Assembly: GCA_963677485.1 (NCBI GenBank) | Contig: OY781964.1 | Span: 2,592,001-2,656,000, forward strand | Origin: Armatimonadota bacterium | GTDB lineage: Bacteria; Armatimonadota; HRBIN16 | Direction of reading: 5' to 3' | Length of the DNA stretch: 64,000 nt | In this document: in pieces, positions 42,919 to 52,732 of the stretch | Position numbering within the stretch: position 1 is the stretch's first letter | Layout of the letters: each line of letters opens with the position of its first letter | Notes under the pieces: generated by a model | Told to the model about the DNA's origin: nothing | The model's database searches: none | The model's input: only the letters and a program-made list of their open reading frames with translations | Made by a program: the position numbers and the translations under genes

Positions 42919-44130
42919 ATGACTAAAGATGCCAAGATAACTGTGGTCGGCGTAGGCGGCGGTGGAACAAACGCTGTCAATCGCATGATCGAAGCAGGCC
43001 TGATCGGAGTCGAATTCTGTGTGATGAACTCAGAATTACAGGCTCTGGATAACAGCCCAGCAGAAAAAAAGCTGCAACTGGGACCAGAAACCACCCGCGG
43101 TTTGGGAGCCGGGGGCAACCCTGACACCGGAGCCCGCGCCGCTGAGGAAAGCCGCAGCGAGATCGGTAAGATGCTTGAGGGTTCCCAACTGGTGTTCATC
43201 AGCGCAGGAATGGGCGGAGGCACCGGAACAGGTGCTGCGCCTATGGTGGCCAACATCGCCAGGCAAGCAAAAGCACTGACGGTGGCCGTCGTCACCAAGC
43301 CATTTGCATTTGAGGGTGCCCGCCGTATGAGGTTGGCACTTGAGGGTATTGAAGCTCTGCGCCAGCAGGTTGATGCCATCATCGTCATCCCCAACGAAAG
43401 GCTTCTGACCAACACAGAGAAGCGCACCACCCTTCTGGATGCCTTCCGCATGGCAGACGATATCCTTCTTCAGGGCGTGCAGGGGATTTCGGATATCATC
43501 ACCGTCACCGGTCTGGTGAACGTCGACTTCTGCGACGTGGAAGCGGTCATGAGCAACGCTGGCCCTGCATTGATGGGTATTGGCCGCAGCTCTGGCGACC
43601 ACCGAGCCCGCGAAGCCGCCGAACTGGCAACCCGCAGCCCGTTGATGGAAACCCCAATCGAAGGCGCGCAGCGCATTCTGATCAACATCACATCCAGCCC
43701 AGACTTCGCCCTTCAGGAACTGATGGAAGCGACTGGCGTGGTAGCTGCACTGGCCGATCCGGACAGCCTCATCATTTATGGTCACGTGTTTGATCACGAC
43801 ATGGAAGATGAAGTGAAGATCACGGTGCTGGCCGCAGGTCTGCCTGGCCGTCCAGGTGAACCCGCTCAGCCACAGAGAACTGCCACCAATGACAGCGTCA
43901 TGCCGCAGTTTAATACCCGGCCTACGCAATTTACACCGCAGGCTGCACCTGCTCCGGCACCGGCACCAGTGCCCGCGTCGCAGCCCCAGCCTCAGCAGCC
44001 GCAACCGCGCCCAGCTCCGCAGCCCCAGCCAGTGCAGCCCCGCCCGGCTCCACAGCCTCAGCCTGCTCAGCCTAAGGCCGATTCGGACAGCGATTATGAG
44101 ATACCCGCATTCCTGCAAGGCAAGAAATAA
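42919..44130 (+). CDS. ftsZ: Cell division protein FtsZ
   Basis: GVGGGGTNAV, GMGGGTGTG, NVDF, C-terminal EIPAFL. Confidence 0.97.
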   Translation: MTKDAKITVVGVGGGGTNAVNRMIEAGLIGVEFCVMNSELQALDNSPAEKKLQLGPETTRGLGAGGNPDTGARAAEESRSEIGKMLEGSQLVFISAGMGGGTGTGAAPMVANIARQAKALTVAVVTKPFAFEGARRMRLALEGIEALRQQVDAIIVIPNERLLTNTEKRTTLLDAFRMADDILLQGVQGISDIITVTGLVNVDFCDVEAVMSNAGPALMGIGRSSGDHRAREAAELATRSPLMETPIEGAQRILINITSSPDFALQELMEATGVVAALADPDSLIIYGHVFDHDMEDEVKITVLAAGLPGRPGEPAQPQRTATNDSVMPQFNTRPTQFTPQAAPAPAPAPVPASQPQPQQPQPRPAPQPQPVQPRPAPQPQPAQPKADSDSDYEIPAFLQGKK

Positions 44131-44154
44131 GCAGCTCCAAAACTCCGCATCTCA

Positions 44155-44189
44155 AGCTCCGTGGACAACATCCACGGAGCTTTGTTATT
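44155..44189 (+). terminator. Probable intrinsic terminator after ftsZ
   Basis: AGCTCCGTGGA-CAACA-TCCACGGAGCT hairpin followed by TTGTTATT. Confidence 0.65.
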
Positions 44190-44207
44190 GATCCAACAGG
44201 AGGCGTT

Positions 44208-44672
44208 ATGTTAGCATCTGATCTGTTTTTCAACGGAAGCCGATACGCCATCTTCGGCGTGCGATCCCCCGGACGTGCGCACGGCCCCATACTGATAGCC
44301 GCGTTGCGGAAAGCAGGCAAAACGGTGGCAGCCATTGAGCCCGAAGGTACCTTGGTGAAGGGTGCCGAGGTTTACCCCACACTGGCCGCCGCCGGTGCGG
44401 TGGATGGAGTGGTGCTGCTGCCCCCCTCGCCATGGACTGACTCCAGTGCTGAGTGGACGGTGCAGGCATTGCAGCAGTGCCTGCAGAATGGGCTGAGCAG
44501 CGTGTGGATCTACCCCGACGGTAGCGTGCCGCAGGCGGCTGAGTTGGCAAGTCGCCTTGGTTTGGATGCGGTGATTGGGGTTTGCCCCTGCCTGTACATC
44601 GCCGGCGGCGGGTTCCCGCATAACCTGCACCGCTGGATCGTTGGCTGGCACCGGAAGAAGTCAGGAGTGTAG
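44208..44672 (+). CDS. CoA-binding domain protein
   Basis: AGGAGG RBS; YAIFGV..EVYPTL..VDGVV..VWI pattern; CPCLY..HNLHRWI tail. Confidence 0.7.
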   Translation: MLASDLFFNGSRYAIFGVRSPGRAHGPILIAALRKAGKTVAAIEPEGTLVKGAEVYPTLAAAGAVDGVVLLPPSPWTDSSAEWTVQALQQCLQNGLSSVWIYPDGSVPQAAELASRLGLDAVIGVCPCLYIAGGGFPHNLHRWIVGWHRKKSGV

Positions 44673-44679
44673 GAGGGAA

Positions 44680-44980
44680 TCTCTCACGCGGAGACGCGGA
44701 GGACACAGAGTCGGAGGGGTAGGACTCCCCCCATCTGCGACATCTGCGAAATCTGTGTATTTACCAGCCCTTCGCGCCTTTGCGTTAATATACCCACCAT
44801 CCGCGTTCAATCGTGTTTATCCGTGGTTTACTGATCAACATCCACTCGGTCAAAGACCCTTCGCGCCTTCGCGTCTTCGCGTGAGACTTCTCGCCACCGG
44901 TCGTCACCTAATCTGCGTCATCTGTGTAATCTGTGGATGAATTTATCTCATTCGCGTCTTCGCGTCTTCGCGTGAGACCA
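44680..44980. repeat. Cluster of 8-9-nt periodic repeat half-sites
   Basis: TCTCACGCGGAGACGCGGAG; ATCTGCG..ATCTGTG twice; TTCGCGTCTTCGCGTGAGA twice; ATCCGCGTTCAATCGTGTTTATCCGTGGTT. Confidence 0.8.
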
Positions 44981-45093
44981 TCAACCTACCTCGCCACGAA
45001 ACGGTTTGTAGGATAATATGAGTATAGGATATTCAGGGTGCGACGGCACCGGCGTTGGTGATCGAAACTAGCACCCACAGGGGAGGCTCGGCG

Positions 45094-46056
45094 ATGGGAT
45101 TTGCACGCGCTTACATCAAGTCGATGCGGCTGTATTACGCCTTCATTACGGGCATAGCGGGCTGGGTCGGGGTCTCCTTCTACCATTGGCTGATGCCTGG
45201 GCATGTGGACTACACCCGCAGCACCATCATCCTGGTGATGCTCTTCCTAAGCTGGGGCATCAACCAGATTTTCAACGACTACCTGGGGTTACCAGAAGAC
45301 CGCATCAACGCGCCAAACCGGCCGATGGTGACCGGTGAGCTGAACGCCAAGCCCGCGTTGTGGCTCTCCTCGGTACTGCTGCTGGGGGTGCTGGCGATAT
45401 CCTACGCCCTCAACCCGCTGTCGATGATTCCTGTGGTCGTCGGCGTGCTGCTGAACATTTTATATGAATACGCCAAGGCCTGGTCGCTGATCGGCAACGT
45501 CGTGTTCGGGCTCTCGATCTCGATGTGTTCGCTCTACGGCTTTTTCGCGGCGGGTCCGACCCCTGATCCCATCTTCACCCCAAACCGCGTCAGCGTACTG
45601 ATCCTGGTAGCCTTGCTGAATGGACTGATGACCTATTTCACCTACTTCAAAGACTACTACGGTGACAAATCCGCCGGCAAGCGCACCTTCATCGTGAAGC
45701 ACGGTCTGAAGATAGCCCGCAAAGTGGGCGTGATCGGCGCTTTCCTGCCGACGGTGACTTTCCTGTTGATGGTCTCCTTTGGCATGATGGCGGCCAAAGA
45801 TATCCTGTATATGCACCAATTTGTGTATTGCGGCTTGATGACCCTGTTCCTGCAGGTCTGGACGGCGGTATTATACTATCGCAGCCCGGTGGGCGAGCCG
45901 ACCTACTTCAGCCTGGTCACGAACATCCGTGCGTGTGTGGCGGGGATGGTCACCTTGATCGCTATCTTCAACGGTACGCTGGCGCTGTATCTTCTCTCCG
46001 CGAGCTACATCTTCATCGGGTTCCTGTTCGACCTGTATAAGGACGCGAAGTCATGA
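45094..46056 (+). CDS. UbiA-family prenyltransferase
   Basis: NDYLGLPEDRINAPNRPMVTG, KDYYGDKSAGKRT, many TM helices; GGAGG RBS. Confidence 0.85.
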   Translation: MGFARAYIKSMRLYYAFITGIAGWVGVSFYHWLMPGHVDYTRSTIILVMLFLSWGINQIFNDYLGLPEDRINAPNRPMVTGELNAKPALWLSSVLLLGVLAISYALNPLSMIPVVVGVLLNILYEYAKAWSLIGNVVFGLSISMCSLYGFFAAGPTPDPIFTPNRVSVLILVALLNGLMTYFTYFKDYYGDKSAGKRTFIVKHGLKIARKVGVIGAFLPTVTFLLMVSFGMMAAKDILYMHQFVYCGLMTLFLQVWTAVLYYRSPVGEPTYFSLVTNIRACVAGMVTLIAIFNGTLALYLLSASYIFIGFLFDLYKDAKS

Positions 46057-47336
46057 GCCATTACGTCACAGGCATCAAGAAGCAACTGATCTACGCCGCC
46101 ATCGCGCTGACGGTGGCGGTGAGATACGCTCTGCGGCCCAAGCTGTTCGGATGGTCGCCTGTGGCGTATGCGCGGTTCCTCACTCGGGCGTCAGTGCTGC
46201 TGCTTGCGTTCCGCCACAACAAGCTCGTACGGGTTCGCACAGGCTCCAAGCTGCACCTCTATCTGCCGGCGTTCCCCACCCCCGCATTCTTTTATGCGAT
46301 TGAGAGTAAATTGATCCGCACCCCCGCCCGAGCCACCACCGTGGTTTACTCGATGACCAAAGCGTGCAGCTACCACTGCGAGCACTGCTATCAGCGCAGG
46401 GATGGCGGTCCAGACCTGGACGAAGAGCTGCTGCTGAGCACTGCGAAGACCATTCAAGAGAACGGCGTGGCGTTGTTCGACATCGAGGGCGGTGAGCCGC
46501 TTGCACGCTACGACCGTCTGTTGCGGCTGGTTCAGGCGCTTGACAGCCGATCGGAGATATGGATCAACACCGTCGGGGCCGGTCTGACAACCGAAATGCT
46601 GACCGAGTTAAAAGGGGCCGGGCTGTTCGGGCTGATGGTCTCTGTGCACTCGCCAGATTCCTCCATACACGATGCCTTTACTGGCGTTCCTGGTTCCTTT
46701 GATGTGGCCTGCCAGGCGTTACGGCTCTGCCGTGAGACCGGCGTCGCCAGCAGCGTGAACTGCGTGCTTTCGGAGGCTGATGTGCGCAGCGGTGGACTCT
46801 CCAGGCTGATGGATATGGCCAAGGAGCTGGAGGCCGATTATGTTCAGTTGATCCACCCCAAACCGGCAGGCAAGTGGCTGGGTAAGCAGACCGAGATGCT
46901 GCTGGACCCCGAGCTCATCGCGTTGATCCGTCAGGAGCATATACGCTACAACAGCTCTGCGATGCACGACTACCCCTCACTCGCGGCGCAGGTTTTCGAG
47001 GAGTCTGAGACGATGCTGGGATGCACCTGCGGCGGCATCGACCGGTTCTACGTGAACGCCACGGGAGAGGTGCAGCCCTGCGAGTTCCTGAACCTGTCGT
47101 TTGGTAACGTGCAGGATGAGCCGTTTGATGACATCTACCACCGTATGAGAGAGTATTTCCAGACACCCGGCTGCAACTGGCTCTGCTGCACGCAGGCGCA
47201 GGCGATCGATGAACTGTTCCGACAGAACGGCTTGACCCGCACGCCGCTGACCCCTGAGATCACGCTGCAACTGATGCAGAACCTCGACCCAGGTCAGCCG
47301 ACGCCGTTATACAAAAAGCTGGGCATCTATAAGTGA
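46053..47336 (+). CDS. Radical SAM protein with SPASM/twitch-like domain
   Basis: CSYHCEHC, GGEPL, CTCGGIDRFYVNATGEVQPCEF..GNV. Confidence 0.9.
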   Translation: MSHYVTGIKKQLIYAAIALTVAVRYALRPKLFGWSPVAYARFLTRASVLLLAFRHNKLVRVRTGSKLHLYLPAFPTPAFFYAIESKLIRTPARATTVVYSMTKACSYHCEHCYQRRDGGPDLDEELLLSTAKTIQENGVALFDIEGGEPLARYDRLLRLVQALDSRSEIWINTVGAGLTTEMLTELKGAGLFGLMVSVHSPDSSIHDAFTGVPGSFDVACQALRLCRETGVASSVNCVLSEADVRSGGLSRLMDMAKELEADYVQLIHPKPAGKWLGKQTEMLLDPELIALIRQEHIRYNSSAMHDYPSLAAQVFEESETMLGCTCGGIDRFYVNATGEVQPCEFLNLSFGNVQDEPFDDIYHRMREYFQTPGCNWLCCTQAQAIDELFRQNGLTRTPLTPEITLQLMQNLDPGQPTPLYKKLGIYK

Positions 47337-48250
47337 GTTATTTGTTGATCATGAACCCCGGCTCACGCTCCGGCAAGGGCCAACGACTGTGGCAGCACTG
47401 GGAAACCGCACTGCAGGCGGCTGGGGCTGATTATACCTGCTCTTATACAAAGGGCATCGGCCATGCGGTAAGCCTGGCGCGCGAATCCCAGGCCAGCACA
47501 GTGGTGGCGGTCGGCGGAGACGGCACCATCAACGAGGTGCTGGATGGAGTGATGCAATCGGGTAACCCGGAGCTTCAGATGGGGGTGCTCTATTCGGGTA
47601 CCAGTCCCGACTTCTGCCGGTTTCATGGCATCCCTATCGAGCCTCAGAAGGCGGTGGCGGCACTGCTCGTTGGCCATGTCCGAAAAGTCGATGTGGCGCG
47701 GATCGAGTACCACGACGTGGAAGGCAAGGCGGTGACCGCCCATTTTGGGTGTAGTTGCAACATCGGGATGGGTGCGTCGGTGGCCCGATATGCCAACATG
47801 TGGCGCCGTTATCTCGGCGATATTCTGGGTACAGGCGCGGGGGTGATCCGCACCATCGCCACGAATGCCCGACTGGATACCGAGCTGGAGATCGATGATG
47901 TGCCGCAGCAACTGTCGGCCGTCAACCACCTGACTGTCGCCAAGAACCCCTATATCGCCTCCGGGCTGAAGGTCGATGTCGATCTCAAGCCAGATGACGG
48001 GAAGCTGGTGCTGATCGGCATCCATGGCAAGAGCCGCCTCGGCATACTCGCCATGGTGCCCAGCTTTTACTCCGGTTCCGTGGCGAACGTCAGAGGGGTG
48101 ATCCTCACCGAGGCGCATACAGTATGCATCCGCGCCAAGGGCGCGCAGGAGATCGAGTTTGACGGTGACCCGCGCGGCTACCTGCCCGCTCAGATCACGC
48201 TGCTCCCCAAAGCTCTGAGCTTAATAGGAGGCCAGGATGAACGAAGCTGA
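47333..48250 (+). CDS. Diacylglycerol/sphingosine kinase family lipid kinase
   Basis: MNPGSRSG, VGGDGTINEV, GTSPDF, EFDGD. Confidence 0.88.
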   Translation: MSYLLIMNPGSRSGKGQRLWQHWETALQAAGADYTCSYTKGIGHAVSLARESQASTVVAVGGDGTINEVLDGVMQSGNPELQMGVLYSGTSPDFCRFHGIPIEPQKAVAALLVGHVRKVDVARIEYHDVEGKAVTAHFGCSCNIGMGASVARYANMWRRYLGDILGTGAGVIRTIATNARLDTELEIDDVPQQLSAVNHLTVAKNPYIASGLKVDVDLKPDDGKLVLIGIHGKSRLGILAMVPSFYSGSVANVRGVILTEAHTVCIRAKGAQEIEFDGDPRGYLPAQITLLPKALSLIGGQDERS

Positions 48251-49220
48251 GATCATCCGCTGTTTTTCGTCCGCGTTTACCCGCAGCCCACTGCAGCGCA
48301 ACGGCCTGTTCGAGTGCGATGCGGAGATCATCAGTATCGGCGATCAGCTTTGGGCACTCACCATGGACGAGTTCACGCCCGATGAGGACCTGTTCAGCTC
48401 CGAATTCCCGCAAACACTCGGGGCGAACCTGGCGGTGGCAACCATCAGCGACTTGCTCGCGGCCGGGGCCACGCCGACCTGGTTTATGCACGCCGTTTCG
48501 CTGCCGAAGTCGGTAGATAATAACTTCGTGGCGGGCCTCGCAGAGGGTATCCGCCGCGTATTGAAACAGGCAAGCTGCCAGCTCTGCGGCGGCGATATCG
48601 GCTGTGCGGAAACCTGGCGGTATTGCGGACATGCGATGGGTCCAGTGCCAGGCAACCGACCGCTGACGCGGGTGCTGCCCCGCACACAGCAAAAGCTGTG
48701 GGTGACTGGTCAGCTAGGCGATGCCAACCTGGCGGCGCTTTCGGGTTCGCCAACCCCCAGCTTCGAGTTGCGGTTGGCCGAATCCCTGGCGTTCCGGGAG
48801 CTGGCGACCGGCTGCATTGACACCAGCGGAGGCTTCTTTGATGCGCTGTGGACACTGCACTCGTTGAACCCCTCTTTAGAAATGGAGATCGAGCTCGACG
48901 CCTTGCCCCTGGCTTCAGGGCTCGTTGAGGCATCCCATGCCCTCGGGTTTCCCGCTGACGCAGCCCTGCTGGGAGGTGCTGGAGAATACGAGCTGCTGTT
49001 CGCATTGCCCTCGAAGCTCACACCGCCAGAGGGTGTGGCGACCTGCGTCGGCACCATAAGGCCTGATGGCGAAGCTGGGATCCGCCTCAACCGCGAAGGC
49101 GCCCTGCTCAGCGAAATGGACACACCGCCACCCTGCCCGCGCGATGCCGCCACGGTGGCCCAACACGTCCAAGAGGTGATGCAGATGGCGCATCGGCTGT
49201 TCGGGAAGGTCGCCAGATGA
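48237..49220 (+). CDS. ThiL-like (PurM/AIR synthase superfamily) kinase
   Basis: ATISDLLAAGATP, LCGGD, WVTGQLG, CIDTSGG, LGGAGEYELLF. Confidence 0.8.
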   Translation: MNEAEIIRCFSSAFTRSPLQRNGLFECDAEIISIGDQLWALTMDEFTPDEDLFSSEFPQTLGANLAVATISDLLAAGATPTWFMHAVSLPKSVDNNFVAGLAEGIRRVLKQASCQLCGGDIGCAETWRYCGHAMGPVPGNRPLTRVLPRTQQKLWVTGQLGDANLAALSGSPTPSFELRLAESLAFRELATGCIDTSGGFFDALWTLHSLNPSLEMEIELDALPLASGLVEASHALGFPADAALLGGAGEYELLFALPSKLTPPEGVATCVGTIRPDGEAGIRLNREGALLSEMDTPPPCPRDAATVAQHVQEVMQMAHRLFGKVAR

Positions 49221-50449
49221 TGGAGCCACAGCAGACGCTCTTCTCGGAGCTGAAGCTCCAACACATCACCCTGCCCAACCGGCTGGTGAGGTCTGCCACC
49301 TACGAAGGGCTGGCCGAAGCCGATGGAACCCCAAAACCGGAACTGGCGGAACTCTACTGCGATCTGGCGCGTGGCGGCGTGGGCACCATCATCACCGGCT
49401 TCGTCTATACCTCGCAGCAGGGGCGCGCGATGCACCCGGCTCAGTGCGGCATCGACTGCGACGCGAAAATCATCCCATGGCGTCAGATCGTGAAGCGCGT
49501 CCGGGCGGCCAACCCCAGCACGAAACTGATCATGCAGCTCGCGCATACCGGTCGGCAAACCCAGGCGCAGGTCACCGGTCAGCCTGTAGTCGGTGCCTCC
49601 TCACGAGCTTGCAGTTATTTCCGGCAGCGTGTCCGCACGCTGGACGAGAAAGCCATAATGGGCATCATTCAAGAGTTCGCCGAGGACGCCTGTCGCGCCA
49701 AGCAGGCCGGATTCGACGGCGTGCAGATACACGCGGCACATGGCTACCTCATCCACCAGTTCCTTTCACCCTGGACCAACAACCGCAAAGACCGCTGGTC
49801 CGATCGCCCCCTGCTGCTGGAGAAGGTCATCACTGCGGTGCTGGAAGCCTGCGGTGAGCAGTTCCCCATCCTGCTGAAGCTGAGTTCGTCCGAGGACCGC
49901 TCACCGGGTATCCGAGTGGAGCAGACCATCGAGACAATCCAGCGGCTTAAGGCACTCCACATCGACGCGGTGGAGATCAGCTATGGCACGATGGAGTATG
50001 CGTTGAATATCATCCGCGGCGACGTGCCTGTGGCTGCGGTGCTGAAGGTCAACCCGATGTTCCGCCGCGTGCCGAAATTGATCCAGGGCCTGTGGAAGAG
50101 ATACTGCGCGCCGGCTTACATCCGCAAGTTCATCCCCTTCACGGAAAACTACAACCTGCAGGATGCTCTGCGCATCCGCACCGAAACGGGAATGCCCGTA
50201 CTGGCGGTCGGCGGGATCAGGTCACTCGAGAGTATGATCAGCATGGTGGGGGAGATGGGCATTGATGCCGTCTCGCTGTGTCGCCCGCTGATCTACGAAC
50301 CCGATCTGCCAAACCGGATACTGGACGGCCGCTTCACACGCTCCCAATGCACCAACTGCAATCTGTGTGCCATCTATTGCGACAGCCGGCAGCCGCTGCG
50401 CTGCCATCGACAGAAAAGGACAGGTCAAAGCGTTGAAAGAGACAAATGA
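49217..50449 (+). CDS. NADH:flavin oxidoreductase (Old Yellow Enzyme family)
   Basis: NRLVRSAT, QLAHTGRQ, GFDGVQIHAAHGYLIHQFLSP..N.R.D, C-terminal CTNCNLC. Confidence 0.9.
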   Translation: MMEPQQTLFSELKLQHITLPNRLVRSATYEGLAEADGTPKPELAELYCDLARGGVGTIITGFVYTSQQGRAMHPAQCGIDCDAKIIPWRQIVKRVRAANPSTKLIMQLAHTGRQTQAQVTGQPVVGASSRACSYFRQRVRTLDEKAIMGIIQEFAEDACRAKQAGFDGVQIHAAHGYLIHQFLSPWTNNRKDRWSDRPLLLEKVITAVLEACGEQFPILLKLSSSEDRSPGIRVEQTIETIQRLKALHIDAVEISYGTMEYALNIIRGDVPVAAVLKVNPMFRRVPKLIQGLWKRYCAPAYIRKFIPFTENYNLQDALRIRTETGMPVLAVGGIRSLESMISMVGEMGIDAVSLCRPLIYEPDLPNRILDGRFTRSQCTNCNLCAIYCDSRQPLRCHRQKRTGQSVERDK

Positions 50450-51695
50450 ACCCTCCGGACAGTTCGAAAACTACCTGCCGACAGACGGCCAGGCTGACAT
50501 CTTTGCGAAGGTAGATGCCGTCGCCGACTACCTGGAGGCACACCACTCGGATTATACCGAGGGGCTGGGCATTCAGATGCTGGGCCCGATTGGCCCCAGG
50601 ACGATGGTGCGTGAGCCCAATGGTGATGCCCATGAGGTGATCATGCTTGGCTCAAACTCCTATCTGTCACTCACCACCCATCCGGCTGTGGTGGCGGCGT
50701 CGAAGGCCGCGGTCGACCGATACGGCTACGGCATGGGTGCGGTCTCGCTCTACGCGGGCACCACCGATCTGCATAAGGAGCTGGAGCACTCCATCGCCGC
50801 GTTCTACGGCACCGAAGATGCCATCATCATCCCGTGTGGTTACTCCGCCAACGTGGGCGTGATAGCCAGCCTTTGCGGTCCGGGTGATGTGATCATCTGC
50901 GATGCGTATAACCACGCCTCCATTTTCGACGGCTGCAAGTTGTCGGGGGCCACGGTGAAGATATACCTGCACCGCAACATGAAACACCTGGAGAAGATAC
51001 TCAGGTCGCTGCCGGAGTCGCAAGCAGGCCGGCTGATCATCACCGACGGGGTGTTTTCCATGGATGGCGACCTGGCCACACTGGATGAGATCACCGCGTT
51101 GGCGGAGAAATACGGCGCGCGGGTGATGGTGGATGATGCCCATGGTGTTGGGGTGGTGGGACCCACCGGGCGCGGAAGTGCGGAGGCGCACGGCTGCCTT
51201 CAGAAGATAGACATTAACCTGGGCACGCTCAGCAAAACCCCGGGCGCGCTGGGCGGTTACGTGGCGGGCAGTGCGCGGTTGATACAGTATCTGCGGCTGT
51301 ATACCCGCACCTATTTCTTTTCCACCAGCCTGCCGCCATCGGTGGTGGGCGGTCTGGTGGAGGTGTTCAAGATGCTTCAGGCGGACACGGCAGGCCGCGA
51401 CAGGCTCTGGCACAATGTGCGCTACATGCTCAGCTCCCTGAAGGCGATGGGCTTTGACACCGGCGATTCGCAGTCGGCGATCATCCCCATCATGGTGGGC
51501 GATGAGGATATCCTGGGCAAGTTCAACAACGAGCTGCGCCGGCGTGGGGTTTACACCAATGTGGTCACCTACCCGGCGGTGCGGCGCAAGGAGTGCCGGC
51601 TGCGGCTGTGTATCATGAACTCGCTGACTCAGGCGGATATGGACGAGGCACTGGCGATCATGCAGCAACTCGGCCATAAATACGGGCTGATCTAG
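50433..51695 (+). CDS. PLP-dependent alpha-oxoamine synthase (SPT/AONS/KBL family)
   Basis: LGSNSYL, NHASI, DGVFSMDGD, DDAHG, GTLSK. TTG start at 50433 inferred from the RBS; the ORF opens at 50367. Confidence 0.88.
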   Translation: MKETNEPSGQFENYLPTDGQADIFAKVDAVADYLEAHHSDYTEGLGIQMLGPIGPRTMVREPNGDAHEVIMLGSNSYLSLTTHPAVVAASKAAVDRYGYGMGAVSLYAGTTDLHKELEHSIAAFYGTEDAIIIPCGYSANVGVIASLCGPGDVIICDAYNHASIFDGCKLSGATVKIYLHRNMKHLEKILRSLPESQAGRLIITDGVFSMDGDLATLDEITALAEKYGARVMVDDAHGVGVVGPTGRGSAEAHGCLQKIDINLGTLSKTPGALGGYVAGSARLIQYLRLYTRTYFFSTSLPPSVVGGLVEVFKMLQADTAGRDRLWHNVRYMLSSLKAMGFDTGDSQSAIIPIMVGDEDILGKFNNELRRRGVYTNVVTYPAVRRKECRLRLCIMNSLTQADMDEALAIMQQLGHKYGLI

Positions 51696-52732
51696 TGCGC
51701 TCGGTGCTGATTACCGGAGCGGCTGGGTTCATCGGCGGTTACACGGTAGATGAGTTCGTCAACGCGGGTTGGCATGTCTACGCGCTTGTCCACAACTCCG
51801 TCACGCCCGGGTTGGAGCAGATGGCGGCTTCGGGTGATGTCACGCTGATCCGCGGCGACCTCACGCAGTTCGCGGCGTTTGAAGCCAGCCTGCAGCACGA
51901 GTTGGAGCGTCGCGATGAGAAGCTTGATGCGGTGGTTCACTGCGCTGGCAGGGCCTCCGATGTTGGCCGTCGGCACGAGTTCCGTGGATTGAATTACGAA
52001 TCGGTGCTGAAGCTGGGTGAGCTCTCGCTGCGCCTGGAGGTCGGGCGGTTCGTGTTCATCTCCACCACCGATGTCTACGGCTTGCGCGACTTCCACGGCG
52101 AAACGGAGACGGAGTTGCCGCTGCAGAACAACCGGCACAACCCGTATCCTGAGTTCAAAATCGCCGCTGAGGGGTGGATTCGGGCTCATATACACGCTGA
52201 GCGGTATGTCATCATCCGGCCCGCCGCGGTATGGGGTGTGGGTGATCCGACGCTGAGCCCGCGGATCGTGGATTTCTTGCGCAGCTCCCCTTGGATTATC
52301 CACTTCGGCAAGTGGCGAGGCCAGAACCGCTGGCCGTGTGCGTATGTGCGCAACGTGGCGAAAGCGATCCTGCTGGCCGTCACCAGGACCGAGGCGGCTG
52401 GGCGAGCGTTCAACATACTCGACTCGGAGCATACCACGATGGACGAGTTCTATCGTATTCTGGCCTCGATTGCCCTGCCGGAGAAGCAGTTTCGATCCGT
52501 CACACTGCCGCTGTGGGTGGGTCAGGCCATTGGCGGGGTGGTGTCCGGTATCTCGGATGCGTTGAACCTGAACCACCCGTTCACCGACCCCAGCCTGTAT
52601 GCGCTGTATTCTGTGTCCAGCCATCTGGATTTTAGCAACGCCGCGTTTCTGGAGCTGCTGGAAGGAGCTGGTCAAACTATCCTAAGCCGTGATGAGGGAA
52701 TCGAAGAACTGAAGAGGAGTGTCGAAAGATGA
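51695..52732 (+). CDS. Extended SDR, NAD-dependent epimerase/reductase (3-beta-HSD-like)
   Basis: ITGAAGFIG, VHCAG, YPEFK (YxxxK), IIRPAAVWG. Confidence 0.88.
   Translation: MRSVLITGAAGFIGGYTVDEFVNAGWHVYALVHNSVTPGLEQMAASGDVTLIRGDLTQFAAFEASLQHELERRDEKLDAVVHCAGRASDVGRRHEFRGLNYESVLKLGELSLRLEVGRFVFISTTDVYGLRDFHGETETELPLQNNRHNPYPEFKIAAEGWIRAHIHAERYVIIRPAAVWGVGDPTLSPRIVDFLRSSPWIIHFGKWRGQNRWPCAYVRNVAKAILLAVTRTEAAGRAFNILDSEHTTMDEFYRILASIALPEKQFRSVTLPLWVGQAIGGVVSGISDALNLNHPFTDPSLYALYSVSSHLDFSNAAFLELLEGAGQTILSRDEGIEELKRSVER

Noticed and set aside
43940-44075. CAGCC-rich repeat inside ftsZ
   Set aside because: Encodes the normal low-complexity Pro/Gln linker of FtsZ.
48237-51695. Assigning the symbols thiL and bioF/spt
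   Set aside because: Motifs support the families only; the context argues against confident ortholog calls.
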